Shown here piece after piece: positions 9,883 through 19,215 of a DNA stretch of 46,660 bases. Positions within the stretch are counted from its first letter, which is position 1. The number at the start of each line of letters is the position of its first letter. The notes beneath the pieces were generated by a model. It worked only from the letters and a program-made list of their open reading frames with translations, did not search any database and was not told the origin of the DNA. Made by a program: the position numbers and the translations under genes. The stretch covers positions 1-46,660 of the forward strand of contig JALEQE010000102.1 of the NCBI GenBank assembly GCA_022766825.1, written 5' to 3'. The stretch comes from Oscillospiraceae bacterium. Lineage in GTDB: Bacteria; Bacillota; Clostridia; Oscillospirales; Ruminococcaceae.

Positions 9883-10530
9883 ATGTACAACCCGATTATT
9901 TTTGACTTGGACGGAACATTGCTGAATACGATAGGCGATTTGGCGGCGGCGGGAAATTTCGCGCTTGAAAAATTGGGATTTCCAACGCACTCTGTTGATG
10001 AATTTCGCTATTTTGTCGGAAACGGTATTCCGAAACTGATAGAGAGAATGTGCCCCGCAAACACGGACGACGTTACTTTGAAACGCGCTCACGGAATTTT
10101 CTCCGAATACTATGAATTGCACAAAGCCGACCTCACCCGTCCCTATGACGGAATGACGGAATTGCTTGAGGAGCTGAAGTCCAAAGGAATTACGGCGGTG
10201 TGCAACACCAACAAGGACTATGTTTTCGCGAAAGAGCTTTTACAGTCATTTTACGGAGATACAATTGTTGAAACCGTCGGCGCGGGATTGGGGTACAGCA
10301 CAAAACCCGACCCCGCCGCGGCTCGCTACCTCGCCGAAAAATACAGAAAAGAGGGTGCGAAACCGCTGTATGTAGGTGACAGCAACGTTGATATGAAAAC
10401 CGCGAAAAACGCGGGCTTTGACGCTTGCGGCGTTTTGTGGGGATTTCGCGAACGCAAAGAACTCGAAGAGCAAAATCCCGCTCACATAGCCGCAAACATT
10501 GACGAACTTCGCAAAATTATCCTCGGATAA
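9883..10530 (+). CDS. HAD-family hydrolase (phosphoglycolate phosphatase-like)
   Basis: FDLDGTL, KPDP, YVGDSNVD. Confidence 0.9.
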   Translation: MYNPIIFDLDGTLLNTIGDLAAAGNFALEKLGFPTHSVDEFRYFVGNGIPKLIERMCPANTDDVTLKRAHGIFSEYYELHKADLTRPYDGMTELLEELKSKGITAVCNTNKDYVFAKELLQSFYGDTIVETVGAGLGYSTKPDPAAARYLAEKYRKEGAKPLYVGDSNVDMKTAKNAGFDACGVLWGFRERKELEEQNPAHIAANIDELRKIILG

Positions 10531-10591
10531 AATCATTTTATCGGTTATAATAATATTATCTTCAAAAAATAATCGAAAGGATAATATTATT

Positions 10592-11395
10592 ATGAAGAAG
10601 AAAATATTAACAGCCGTTGTATTGACGGCGGTTTTATCACTTTCCGCGTGCGGCGGAAAACAAACCTCAAATTCCTCGGCGAATAACGCCAATAACGCAA
10701 ACAGTACAAACAGCGCAAACGCTCAAAGTTCATCACAGGCGCAAAGCACTTCCGAAAACAATTCGTCAAGCGTTCTTCAAAGCTCTGTGGAGTCCCCCGC
10801 AAACAATGGTTCGACGGTCAACGTATCCGAATTCAAGTATAAGAACGACGATGGCGGCATTGAGATAACCGACAGCACCAATACGGACGAAAACGTGATT
10901 ATTCCGTCCGAAATCGACGGGAAAACGGTCGTTTCAATTTCTAACGCCAATGGCACAAGCAAGGCTCTTTTCCCGAACGCTAAAAAAATAACACTTCCCG
11001 AAACTCTTACGGAAATAGACGATTACGCTTTCGCGAACTGCGCCGCGCTCACCGAAATAAATATACCATCACGGGTTGACGATATAGGCGACTGTGCTTT
11101 CAAGGGTTGCAAATCGCTTACCGAAATCGTAATCCCCCCAAGCGTTGAGGATATTGGCGACTATGCATTTGAGGGTTGTACGAATTTGTCGGCGGTGACA
11201 TTCTCAAACGGCACAAAGGAACTCGGGAAAGGCGCTTTCGGCGGCTGTACAAGCCTTTTGAACATCAATCTCCCCGATACGCTCAAAGAACTTGAACAAG
11301 ACACTTTCGATAAAAACACTGCGTTTACGGTGACTTACAAAGGCATTTCATACACGCCCGATAATATTTCCGAACTTTACGAGAAATTAAGATAA
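10592..11395 (+). CDS. BspA-like leucine-rich-repeat (LRR_5) surface lipoprotein
   Basis: Lipobox LSAC; S/N-rich linker; repeats of the form IxxxAFxxCxxLxxIxIP. Confidence 0.9.
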   Translation: MKKKILTAVVLTAVLSLSACGGKQTSNSSANNANNANSTNSANAQSSSQAQSTSENNSSSVLQSSVESPANNGSTVNVSEFKYKNDDGGIEITDSTNTDENVIIPSEIDGKTVVSISNANGTSKALFPNAKKITLPETLTEIDDYAFANCAALTEINIPSRVDDIGDCAFKGCKSLTEIVIPPSVEDIGDYAFEGCTNLSAVTFSNGTKELGKGAFGGCTSLLNINLPDTLKELEQDTFDKNTAFTVTYKGISYTPDNISELYEKLR

Positions 11396-11401
11396 CAACA
11401 A

Positions 11402-11436
11402 AATACCCGCTCCGAAACCAAATCGGAACGGGTATT
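11402..11436. terminator. Bidirectional intrinsic terminator
   Basis: aatacccgctccga...tcggaacgggtatt hairpin between convergent genes. Confidence 0.7.
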
Positions 11437-11448
11437 ACTTTAGTTTCG

Positions 11449-11829
11449 TTATTTTTCGTTGATTTTTGAGCCGCTGCTCTTAAACGCAAGAGCCGTAAGC
11501 AATCCGAAGAAAATTGCCGCGGAAATCCCGACTGCCGCGTTTGTAAATCCGCCCATAAACGCGCCGATTATTCCGTATCTGTCAACAGACTGCTTAACGC
11601 CTTTCGCAAGCAGACTTCCAAAACCCGTAAGCGGTACTGTCGCGCCGCCGCCCGCGAGGTCGATAAGCGGCTGATACCACCCAAGCGCGCCCATAACAAC
11701 TCCCGCAACAACATAAGTCGTGAGTATTCGAGCGGGGGTAAGCTTTGTAAGGTCAATAAGCAGCTGACCTATCGCGCAGAGCAGACCGCCGATTACGAAC
11801 GCCCACACATATTCCATTAACATATCCAT
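11449..11829 (-). CDS. spoVAE: Stage V sporulation protein AE (SpoVAEb-type)
   Basis: AFVIGGLLCAIGQLLID, GATVPLTGFG. Confidence 0.92.
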   Translation of the reverse strand: MDMLMEYVWAFVIGGLLCAIGQLLIDLTKLTPARILTTYVVAGVVMGALGWYQPLIDLAGGGATVPLTGFGSLLAKGVKQSVDRYGIIGAFMGGFTNAAVGISAAIFFGLLTALAFKSSGSKINEK

Positions 11830-11841
11830 ATTCTTTCCCCT

Positions 11842-12846
11842 TTATTTGTAGCAGATTTCAACAGCGTGGCTTATTCCGGGAATACTGCCGCCCTGCTGTA
11901 CCATTGTCGGCGACATAAGCGCACCTGTCGCGGCATAAAGTATGCGTTTTAGTTCGCCGCTTTTCACTTGTTTGAGAAAATGCCCGCACATCATAGACGC
12001 AGAACAGCCGCAGCCGCTTCCACCCGCGTGAACGTCCTGGCGTTCACGGTCATAGAGCATAAGTCCGCAGTCTTTGTGGCGGCTTTTCAGTTCAACGCCG
12101 TCACGCTTGAATAAATCGTACAGCATTTCACTTCCCACTTCTCCCAAATCGCCCGTGATAATAAGGTCATAGGTTTCGGGGTGTGTTCCCATATGCTTGA
12201 AGTGACGATTTATCGTATCGTAAGCCGCTCCCGCCATTGCCGCGCCCATATTGTTAAGGTCGGTTATTCCCATATCCTGTATTTTTCCGACTGTCGCCGC
12301 GCGGATATAAGGAGGAGCAAGCGCGGGAGTTACTATTGCCGCGCCCGCCGCCGTTGCCGTCCATTGCGCCGTTGGAGTTCTCACTCCGCCGTAATTCAAC
12401 GGAAAACGGAACTGACGTTCCGCCGACGAAAAGTGAGAGCTTGTCACCGCCGCGCTGTTGTCCACATATCCCGCGTTTACCATTGCCGCCGACAAAAGCA
12501 GTCCCTCCGCAAATGTTGAGCAAGCGCCGTATATTCCCAAAAACGGGATATAGAAATCTTTCAGTCCGTAGCTTGAACCCGTGCATTGATTGAGCAAATC
12601 ACCCGCGATAATCAAATCCGCGTTTTCGGGTGCAAGTCCCGCTTTGTCCATCGCGTGGTGAAGAGCCTTTGTCTGCAAAAGAGCCTCTGCCTGTTCCCAC
12701 GTTTCGGCGGTACCCTTGTTGTCCTCGACAATTTCGTCGAATTCGTCGCCGTACGGCCCTTGACTTTCGATTTTTCCGACAACCGCCGCAAAGCTTGTTA
12801 TTGCGGCATTGCTGAATTTAATTGTTTTTCCTTCACAAACAGCCAT
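11842..12846 (-). CDS. spoVAD: Stage V sporulation protein AD
   Basis: GDLLNQ, YGACST, AERQFRFP, GGSGCGCSA, IPGISHAV. Confidence 0.95.
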   Translation of the reverse strand: MAVCEGKTIKFSNAAITSFAAVVGKIESQGPYGDEFDEIVEDNKGTAETWEQAEALLQTKALHHAMDKAGLAPENADLIIAGDLLNQCTGSSYGLKDFYIPFLGIYGACSTFAEGLLLSAAMVNAGYVDNSAAVTSSHFSSAERQFRFPLNYGGVRTPTAQWTATAAGAAIVTPALAPPYIRAATVGKIQDMGITDLNNMGAAMAGAAYDTINRHFKHMGTHPETYDLIITGDLGEVGSEMLYDLFKRDGVELKSRHKDCGLMLYDRERQDVHAGGSGCGCSASMMCGHFLKQVKSGELKRILYAATGALMSPTMVQQGGSIPGISHAVEICYK

Positions 12847-12867
12847 ATTTTCCCCTTCTTTTTATTT

Positions 12868-12999
12868 TTAAATATCCCAAGGTATATAGAACAGCATACC
12901 GCCGAAATTGATAAGTTCCGCGGAATGCGCCCAGGCCTCTTCGTTTTCGGGGTCGCCCAGCTTTTCCCTTTTTTCCGACTTATCTTGATTTTTATCCAT
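12868..12999 (-). CDS. Small 43-aa protein within the spoVA operon
   Basis: MDKNQDKSEKREKLGDPENEEAWAHSAELINFGGMLFYIPWDI*; RBS-like GAAAGGG; fills the spoVAC-spoVAD gap on the same strand. Confidence 0.6.
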   Translation of the reverse strand: MDKNQDKSEKREKLGDPENEEAWAHSAELINFGGMLFYIPWDI

Positions 13000-13023
13000 A
13001 CGTTTCCCTTTCTGAATATGCGA

Positions 13024-13467
13024 TTAAATCATTTTAATCAGATAGTAAATGATACCGTAAATGATTGACGCGGATATGCCGTAAACGATAACAGGCCCCG
13101 CGATAACAAACATTTTCGCGCCCAGTCCGAGAACGTAACCCTCGCTTTTGAAATCAAGTGCGGGCGATACAACCGAATTGGCGAAACCCGTTATAGGCAC
13201 AAGCGTTCCCGCGCCCGCGTGCTGTGCCATTCTGTCGTAAACTTTCATACCCGTAAGCAAAGCGGAAATGAAAATCAACGTTATCGAAGTCCACATACCC
13301 GCTTGTTCTTCTGCAAGTCCGAACGCGCGGTACATATTAAGAAAACCCTCGCCGATACAGCATATAATTCCACCGATAACAAACGCCATTGGAATGGTTT
13401 TGTACATTGAGGAAGCGGGTGAACGGCGTTTCGCAAGTTCTCCGTATTCTTGATTTGAAATATTCAT
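13024..13467 (-). CDS. spoVAC: Stage V sporulation protein AC
   Basis: AGAGTLVPITGFANS, EGYVLGLGAKMFVIAGPVIVYG. Confidence 0.95.
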   Translation of the reverse strand: MNISNQEYGELAKRRSPASSMYKTIPMAFVIGGIICCIGEGFLNMYRAFGLAEEQAGMWTSITLIFISALLTGMKVYDRMAQHAGAGTLVPITGFANSVVSPALDFKSEGYVLGLGAKMFVIAGPVIVYGISASIIYGIIYYLIKMI

Positions 13468-13563
13468 AATTTTTCCTTTCCCGACACCGAAAAGTATCGT
13501 AAAAAAATGTTTCTCGGTTTATCTTGCGGAAAAATGTCGATTTAATTCGAGGAAAAATATGCA

Positions 13564-13581
13564 AATTATGCGGTGTTGCCT
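13564..13581. mobile_element. Solo terminal repeat of the MITE-like family
   Basis: aattatgcggtgttgcct. Confidence 0.65.
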
Positions 13582-13599
13582 TAAAATTCGGAGTGGAAA

Positions 13600-14304
13600 A
13601 TGGACATACAGAATCAATTTAATTTTATCGCTAACGAATACGACAGCAACCGAAAATATTTTATACCTTGCTTTGATGATTTCTATGAAAAAACGACTGA
13701 TTTTATCGCTTCAAATATTGATAAACCTAATAGAATAATTGATCCCGGAGCGGGAACAGGCTTGCTGTCTTATTTCTGGTATCAGCACTTTCCCGATTCA
13801 GAATATATACTTGCAGATATTGCGGAAGAAATGCTGAACGTTGCCCAAAAAAGATTTTCGGGTATCGACAACTTTTCGTATCGGATATTGAATTATGCCG
13901 AAAGCCTCCCCTCGGACACGTTTGACGCGGTTATATCGGCTCTTTCAATTCATCATCTTGAAAACGACGAAAAAGCACTTCTTTTTTCGAGAATTTACGA
14001 CCGGCTTTCAGACGGAGGATTGTTTGTGAATTATGATCAATTCTGTGCCGGAGACCCCTTATTGAACGAGTGGTATGACTCCTTTTGGCACAATCGGCTG
14101 ATAAATAGTCCTTTGTCCGAAAACGACATTGAATTGTGGAAAGAACGGCGAAAACTTGACAAAGAGTGTTCCGTTGAGCAAGAAACAAATATGCTGAAAC
14201 AAAGCGGATTTAAAATTGTAAAATGTGTTTATTCAAACTTGAAGTTCTCTGTAATCGTTGCAATAAAACAGCCCGAAAAGAACAGTGCTTTTCAGGCTGA
14301 ATAA
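13600..14304 (+). CDS. Class I SAM-dependent methyltransferase
   Basis: DPGAGTG motif I, ISALSIHHL, GGLFVNYDQ; AT-rich. Confidence 0.85.
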   Translation: MDIQNQFNFIANEYDSNRKYFIPCFDDFYEKTTDFIASNIDKPNRIIDPGAGTGLLSYFWYQHFPDSEYILADIAEEMLNVAQKRFSGIDNFSYRILNYAESLPSDTFDAVISALSIHHLENDEKALLFSRIYDRLSDGGLFVNYDQFCAGDPLLNEWYDSFWHNRLINSPLSENDIELWKERRKLDKECSVEQETNMLKQSGFKIVKCVYSNLKFSVIVAIKQPEKNSAFQAE

Positions 14305-14307
14305 ATA

Positions 14308-14742
14308 TTATGACCGTATCATCTCAATGTGTTCTATTCCGTCGTCCATAAACGGTTCAGAGCATTGACGAAACCCCAGCTTTTCGTAAAATCCGCGGGC
14401 GTAAACCTGCGCCTCTATCCTGATTTTATCGGCGGAGAGCTTTTCCTCGGCGAACTTTATTCCCTCGCGGACTATCCGTGCGCCAAGTCCCTCGCCGCGC
14501 CGGGTTGTGAGTATTCTCCCAAGCGCGACTTCGGGGAACGAAACTCCTCTGTCAAGCACCCGCAAATACGCCGCAATGCCGTTTTCGTCACGCAAAAAAA
14601 GATGATATGCCGCCTTGTCTTTGCCGTCGATTTCGGGATAAGGGCATTTTTGCTCCACCACGAAAACGTCCACACGCGCTTTCAGAATATCGTAAAGCTC
14701 GTCATTCGTAAGCTCCGAAAAATGCTTTTTTACAAGTTCCAT
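14308..14742 (-). CDS. ElaA-like GNAT acetyltransferase
   Basis: LYDILKARVDVFVVEQKCPYPEIDG, IEAQVYARGFYEKLGF, DGIEHIEM. Confidence 0.9.
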   Translation of the reverse strand: MELVKKHFSELTNDELYDILKARVDVFVVEQKCPYPEIDGKDKAAYHLFLRDENGIAAYLRVLDRGVSFPEVALGRILTTRRGEGLGARIVREGIKFAEEKLSADKIRIEAQVYARGFYEKLGFRQCSEPFMDDGIEHIEMIRS

Positions 14743-14791
14743 TTTGTTCCTTTCACAATAAAAGCGGAAAGCCGGTACTTTCCGCTTATTA

Positions 14792-15532
14792 TTACACGTT
14801 CGCGCGCGCTTCATTGAGTATTCGCGCGTATTTTTCCATTTGTATTTTTGAAATGACTTCGCCGCGGTCGTAATTCTCCAGAAAATTCAGCAGCTCCTTG
14901 CTACCCAGACAAACATAATCGTTTTCACGGAGATTAAGACGCAGTTTTGCGTTTTTGCTCGAAAAATAAAGCACCGTGTCTATCCAGACTTCCTCGCCCG
15001 CCGCATTAAGGATACTTTTTACAATATCGCGCTGACGTCGCATTTGTTTTATAGGATTGTCCATTTCCTGAGTGGTGTTCTGGCCGTTTTTATAGTATTT
15101 GCGCTGCTGCCATTTGTCGGATTTCCAGTTTCCCTCGATAGTGCCGGAGTGATTTTTAGCCTCGACGATTATTATTCCCTTGTGGCTGATTATCAGCATA
15201 TCAAGTTCTGAACGTCCGCGCTTGTAACGCACGGGAAGATTGCAGAAAACGATATTCGTACCGCTTAAATGCTTTACGGTTTTGTAAAGCTGGCGTTCGC
15301 CGCGCCGCCCGCTGTTAAGTACATTATAACGCCTTGCGACTATGCTATAACCGATGTTGCATGATAAAATAAGTGCAATTGCGATAATCGCCGTAAGCTG
15401 AGTTTCGTACAGATGAAAAAATACGAAAAACACCAACAGCAGTACGGGACATACTCCCAGGAACACCTGTGTTACCAACAGCACGAAAACCTTTCGGTTG
15501 TTGTTGTTCCGGCAGCGAATAACTTTATTCAT
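14792..15532 (-). CDS. Membrane-anchored NERD (nuclease-related domain) protein
   Basis: Two N-terminal TM helices; GxxGE, ELDMLIISHKGIIIVEAKNHSG, NPIKQ. Confidence 0.85.
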   Translation of the reverse strand: MNKVIRCRNNNNRKVFVLLVTQVFLGVCPVLLLVFFVFFHLYETQLTAIIAIALILSCNIGYSIVARRYNVLNSGRRGERQLYKTVKHLSGTNIVFCNLPVRYKRGRSELDMLIISHKGIIIVEAKNHSGTIEGNWKSDKWQQRKYYKNGQNTTQEMDNPIKQMRRQRDIVKSILNAAGEEVWIDTVLYFSSKNAKLRLNLRENDYVCLGSKELLNFLENYDRGEVISKIQMEKYARILNEARANV

Positions 15533-15566
15533 AATATTTTATAACCCCTTAAGGCAATGTGAGTTT

Positions 15567-15859
15567 AGGCAGCACCGCATAATTATTGTCGTTCGATTGC
15601 GTAGCCAGATTTATAGTGCGTTCGCCTTTTGTGCGGCACGTCCTGTGCCGCTTGGGCGAACGCCTTCCGACATCCTGTCGGCGGGAGATTGTACAAATTG
15701 AGCGCAGGCGGGCTGACGCAACGTTTTCCGCCGAAGGCGGATAATGCGGTCAAGCGAAATTTGTGCACGCATTATGCGCTTCGCACAAAACGCTATGACG
15801 GAAAATATGCAAGCAAGCGAATGACAAAGGCGTTAGCCGTTAATTGTGCGGTGTTGCCT
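15567..15859. mobile_element. MITE-like element, full-length copy A (~293 bp)
   Basis: Terminal inverted repeats aggcagcaccgcataatta / taattgtgcggtgttgcct; long shared blocks with 35902..36166; many internal hairpins; no transposase. Confidence 0.8.
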
Positions 15860-16954
15860 TTACACATTAAATCTGAACAGCGTTATATCGCCGTCCTGCA
15901 TAACATAATCCTTGCCTTCCAGACGAACCAGCCCCTTTTCCTTTGCCGCCGCCATAGAACCGCACTTCATCAAATCGTCAAACGACACTATTTCCGCGCG
16001 GATAAAGCCTTTCTCGAAATCGGTGTGGATTTTACCCGCCGCCTGCGGCGCTTTCGTGCCTTTGGTGATAGTCCACGCGCGAACTTCGGGAGTACCCGCC
16101 GTAAGGAACGAAATAAGTCCGAGCAGACGATAACCTGTCTTGATTATACGTGCAAGTCCCGAGCTTTCAAGGTGCATATCGGCAAGGAAGAGTTCCTTGT
16201 CCTCGTCGGACATATCAGCGATATCCGCCTCGATTTTCGCACAAATAGGCAGCACTTCCGCGTGTTCCTCTTTCGCAATACGAACAACCGCTTGATATTC
16301 CTCGTTGTTGTTTATATCGCCCGTAAAATCCGCCTCCGACATATTCGCCGCGTAAATAACGGGCTTGTTGGATAGCAGGGGCGTATCTTTAAGCATTGCG
16401 CGCTGTTCATCGGTATAGTCAAAGCTGCGCGCGGTTTTTCCGCTTTCAAGGTGAGCTTTCAGAGCCTCAAAGAAGTCAACCTCCGCCTGCGCCGACTTGT
16501 CGCCTTTGAGAGCTTTTTTCGCGCGGTCTATGCGGCGTTCCAAAATCTCCAAATCGGAGAAAATAAGTTCAAGATTTATCGTTTCAATATCTCTTGCCGC
16601 ACCGATTGAACCGTCAACGTGGATTATATTGTCGTCCTTGAAACAGCGGACAACGTGAACGATAGCGTCAACCTCGCGGATATTCGACAAGAATTTGTTT
16701 CCCAGACCCTCGCCCTTGGACGCGCCCTTTACAAGACCCGCAATATCGACAAATTCCAGCGTTGCGGGCGTGAATTTTTCGGGGTGATACATTTCCGCCA
16801 GCTTGTCAAGACGTTCATCGGGAACGGAAACGATACCGACATTCGGCTCGATAGTGCAGAAAGGATAGTTCGCGGACTCTGCGCCTGCGTTTGTAAGCGC
16901 GTTGAAAAGGGTACTTTTGCCGACATTCGGCAACCCTACCATACCAAGTTTCAT
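15860..16954 (-). CDS. ychF: Redox-regulated ATPase YchF
   Basis: [53 protein letters not shown]. Confidence 0.98.
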   Translation of the reverse strand: MKLGMVGLPNVGKSTLFNALTNAGAESANYPFCTIEPNVGIVSVPDERLDKLAEMYHPEKFTPATLEFVDIAGLVKGASKGEGLGNKFLSNIREVDAIVHVVRCFKDDNIIHVDGSIGAARDIETINLELIFSDLEILERRIDRAKKALKGDKSAQAEVDFFEALKAHLESGKTARSFDYTDEQRAMLKDTPLLSNKPVIYAANMSEADFTGDINNNEEYQAVVRIAKEEHAEVLPICAKIEADIADMSDEDKELFLADMHLESSGLARIIKTGYRLLGLISFLTAGTPEVRAWTITKGTKAPQAAGKIHTDFEKGFIRAEIVSFDDLMKCGSMAAAKEKGLVRLEGKDYVMQDGDITLFRFNV

Positions 16955-17118
16955 TTATTTTACCTCTCAAAAAATAAAAATATATTAAAACATTTATTAT
17001 TATAGCATATCCCGTGGAAAATTTCAAGGGCAATGCTGTACAAAAATACTTATTGAATTTTTTGTATGTGTATGTTATAATATGGATTGACAAATTAACA
17101 CTCAGGGAGGACTATTAT

Positions 17119-17625
17119 ATGGATTTTAAGCTGTTACCCACAACTCCTAATGATATGGCTCAATTCAAAAGCGATATGCAAGAAGCGTTTCAAAATTGAG
17201 CTGCAAAAGAATTTGGAAATATAAATGTTGAAATTTTGCCCGAAAAGGACATTGATGAATCTTTGTCAAAAAAAGGTTCTGTGGCATATAAAGCGTTGAT
17301 TGACGGAAAAATGCTCGGCGGAGCAATAGTTGTGATAGACAACACGACGCAGCATAATCATCTTGATTTCTTATATGTAAGGTATGGAACGCAGAGTAAA
17401 GGTGTAGGACAAAAAATATGGAATGAAATCGAAAAATTATATCCCGAAACAAGAGTGTGGGAAACATACACTCCATATTTCGAGAAAAGAAACATACATT
17501 TTTATATTAACTGTTTGGGGTTTCACGCGGTAGAATTTTTTAACCCTCGTCATAAAGACCCGACAATTCCCGATGAAATGGTAGGGGGAGACTATTTCTT
17601 CCGTTTTGAAAAAATAATGAAATAG
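17119..17625 (+). pseudogene. GNAT acetyltransferase interrupted by an in-frame TGA at 17197..17199
   Basis: RBS GGAGG + ATG at 17119; the frame continues through the TGA into ...GGAIV...LDFLYV...WETYTPYFEKRNIHFYINCLGFH. Confidence 0.8.
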
Positions 17626-17735
17626 AGACCATTTTCAATAAATCAATCCGATAAACCGAATTTGAACAAAAATAGCCTGAGAAGATTGCGGTCTGCTCAG
17701 GCTATATTGTTTATTATACTATGTGACGAAGTATT

Positions 17736-18671
17736 TCAGAATTCCTCATCAACAAGATAAATCGGTCTGTTTTTGCTTTCGAGATATAGCTTGCTTATAT
17801 ACATCGCCACTATTCCCATACAGCCGAGGATAACTCCCGCCGCAAAGGAAATAACGCACGACAGCACAAGCACAAACACGGGAAATCCCAGTGCCGCCCG
17901 CACAATGGAAATAATCAACAGCACAAACGCCGCGATACAGAAAAGTATTCCCATAACAATCGGTATCGCAAGCGGCGCGGTTGAAAACGCCATAATTCCG
18001 TCAAGCGAATACAGGAACAGTTTCCAGAACGACCATTTTGTTTCGCCCGCCACACGGTTGATGTTTTCGTATTCAAGCCACTTTGTCTTAAATCCAACCC
18101 AACCGAAAATACCTTTTGAAAAGCGGTTGTATTCTTTCATTGAGAGAATTGCGTCCACGACTTTCCGCGTCATCATACGATAATCGCGCGCTCCGTCAAC
18201 TATTTCCGTTTTGGAAATCTTGCGCATAAGTCCGTAAAATCTCCGCGCGAACCACGAACGAATAGGCGGCTCGCCTGCTCTGTTCACGCGGCGAGAGCCG
18301 ACCGCGTCATATCCCTCTTCGGCTATGTGCGTGTACATCTGCGGCAAAAGCGCGGGCGGGTCCTGTAAATCCGCGTCCATAAGGACAACAAGTTCGCCTT
18401 TTGCTTTTTCAAGTCCCGCGTAAATCGCCGCCTCTTTGCCGAAATTCCTTGAAAAGGAAATAAGGTGAACGCGCTCGTCTTTTTCGTGAAGAGCTTTGAC
18501 AACTTCTACCGTCTTATCGCGTGAACCGTCGTTTACGAAAATAAACTCCAATTCCACGTTTTTCGATTTGAAAAACTCGTCCTGCTTTATCGTTTCGGCA
18601 TAAAATAGCGGAACGCTTTCTTCCTCATTGAAACACGGTACTACAATGCTTAGTTTACTGAATTTATTCAA
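17736..18671 (-). CDS. GT2 polyprenol-phosphate glycosyltransferase (GtrB/YkoT-like)
   Basis: IVVPCFNEE, FVNDGSRD, FSRNFGKEAA, DADLQDPP; two C-terminal TM helices. Confidence 0.92.
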   Translation of the reverse strand: MNKFSKLSIVVPCFNEEESVPLFYAETIKQDEFFKSKNVELEFIFVNDGSRDKTVEVVKALHEKDERVHLISFSRNFGKEAAIYAGLEKAKGELVVLMDADLQDPPALLPQMYTHIAEEGYDAVGSRRVNRAGEPPIRSWFARRFYGLMRKISKTEIVDGARDYRMMTRKVVDAILSMKEYNRFSKGIFGWVGFKTKWLEYENINRVAGETKWSFWKLFLYSLDGIMAFSTAPLAIPIVMGILFCIAAFVLLIISIVRAALGFPVFVLVLSCVISFAAGVILGCMGIVAMYISKLYLESKNRPIYLVDEEF

Positions 18672-18693
18672 AATATTATCTCCGATTTAACGC

Positions 18694-19185
18694 TTAATTC
18701 TCGCCCTTGCTTTCGGTATTGGGCAACGGCGGTACTTTATCCTCGTTTTCTGCGGCGAGGACTTTCATCTCAAACGGCGTAAACACTTTCGCGTATTCCG
18801 ACATCGGGTTCATCACGCAGGGCTTACCTGCGATTGACTGAAAGAACCGTACAACGTTTACTTTCATAATGTCAAACTGATTGTTTTGCGGATTCGCGAG
18901 AACTCCCACTCTTGACGGATTTGTGAAAAACGGAACGATAACGTGTCCGTCTTTCTGCATCATCAGAATATTGAGCTGCTGATTTCCGTTCGCGTCCGCT
19001 TTATCGGAAAATTGTCCCACCATAAGAATATCGGCGGTCATAAGATCGGGCAACAGCTTGTTCCACTTTACCTTTGTCTTGTCTTTATTCGCTTCAAGGA
19101 TACGTTCTTCAAGATCCTTGTTGAGGTCTTTCAAATCTTCAAGCCAATCAAGCTCGGATTTTTCGTTGGTCTTAGTTTCCGACAT
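18694..19185 (-). CDS. SseB-family protein
   Basis: VPFFT and VMNPMS motifs typical of the SseB N-domain. Confidence 0.55.
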   Translation of the reverse strand: MSETKTNEKSELDWLEDLKDLNKDLEERILEANKDKTKVKWNKLLPDLMTADILMVGQFSDKADANGNQQLNILMMQKDGHVIVPFFTNPSRVGVLANPQNNQFDIMKVNVVRFFQSIAGKPCVMNPMSEYAKVFTPFEMKVLAAENEDKVPPLPNTESKGEN

Positions 19186-19215
19186 AATACCTGCCTTTCA
19201 TTGCATAGCTATCTT

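Noticed and set aside
15498-16375. ORFs overlapping the repeat copies (15498..15701, 15583..15768, 15629..16375; also 35895..36135)
   Set aside because: They lie in the non-coding repeat or antisense to ychF; no RBS or transposase motifs
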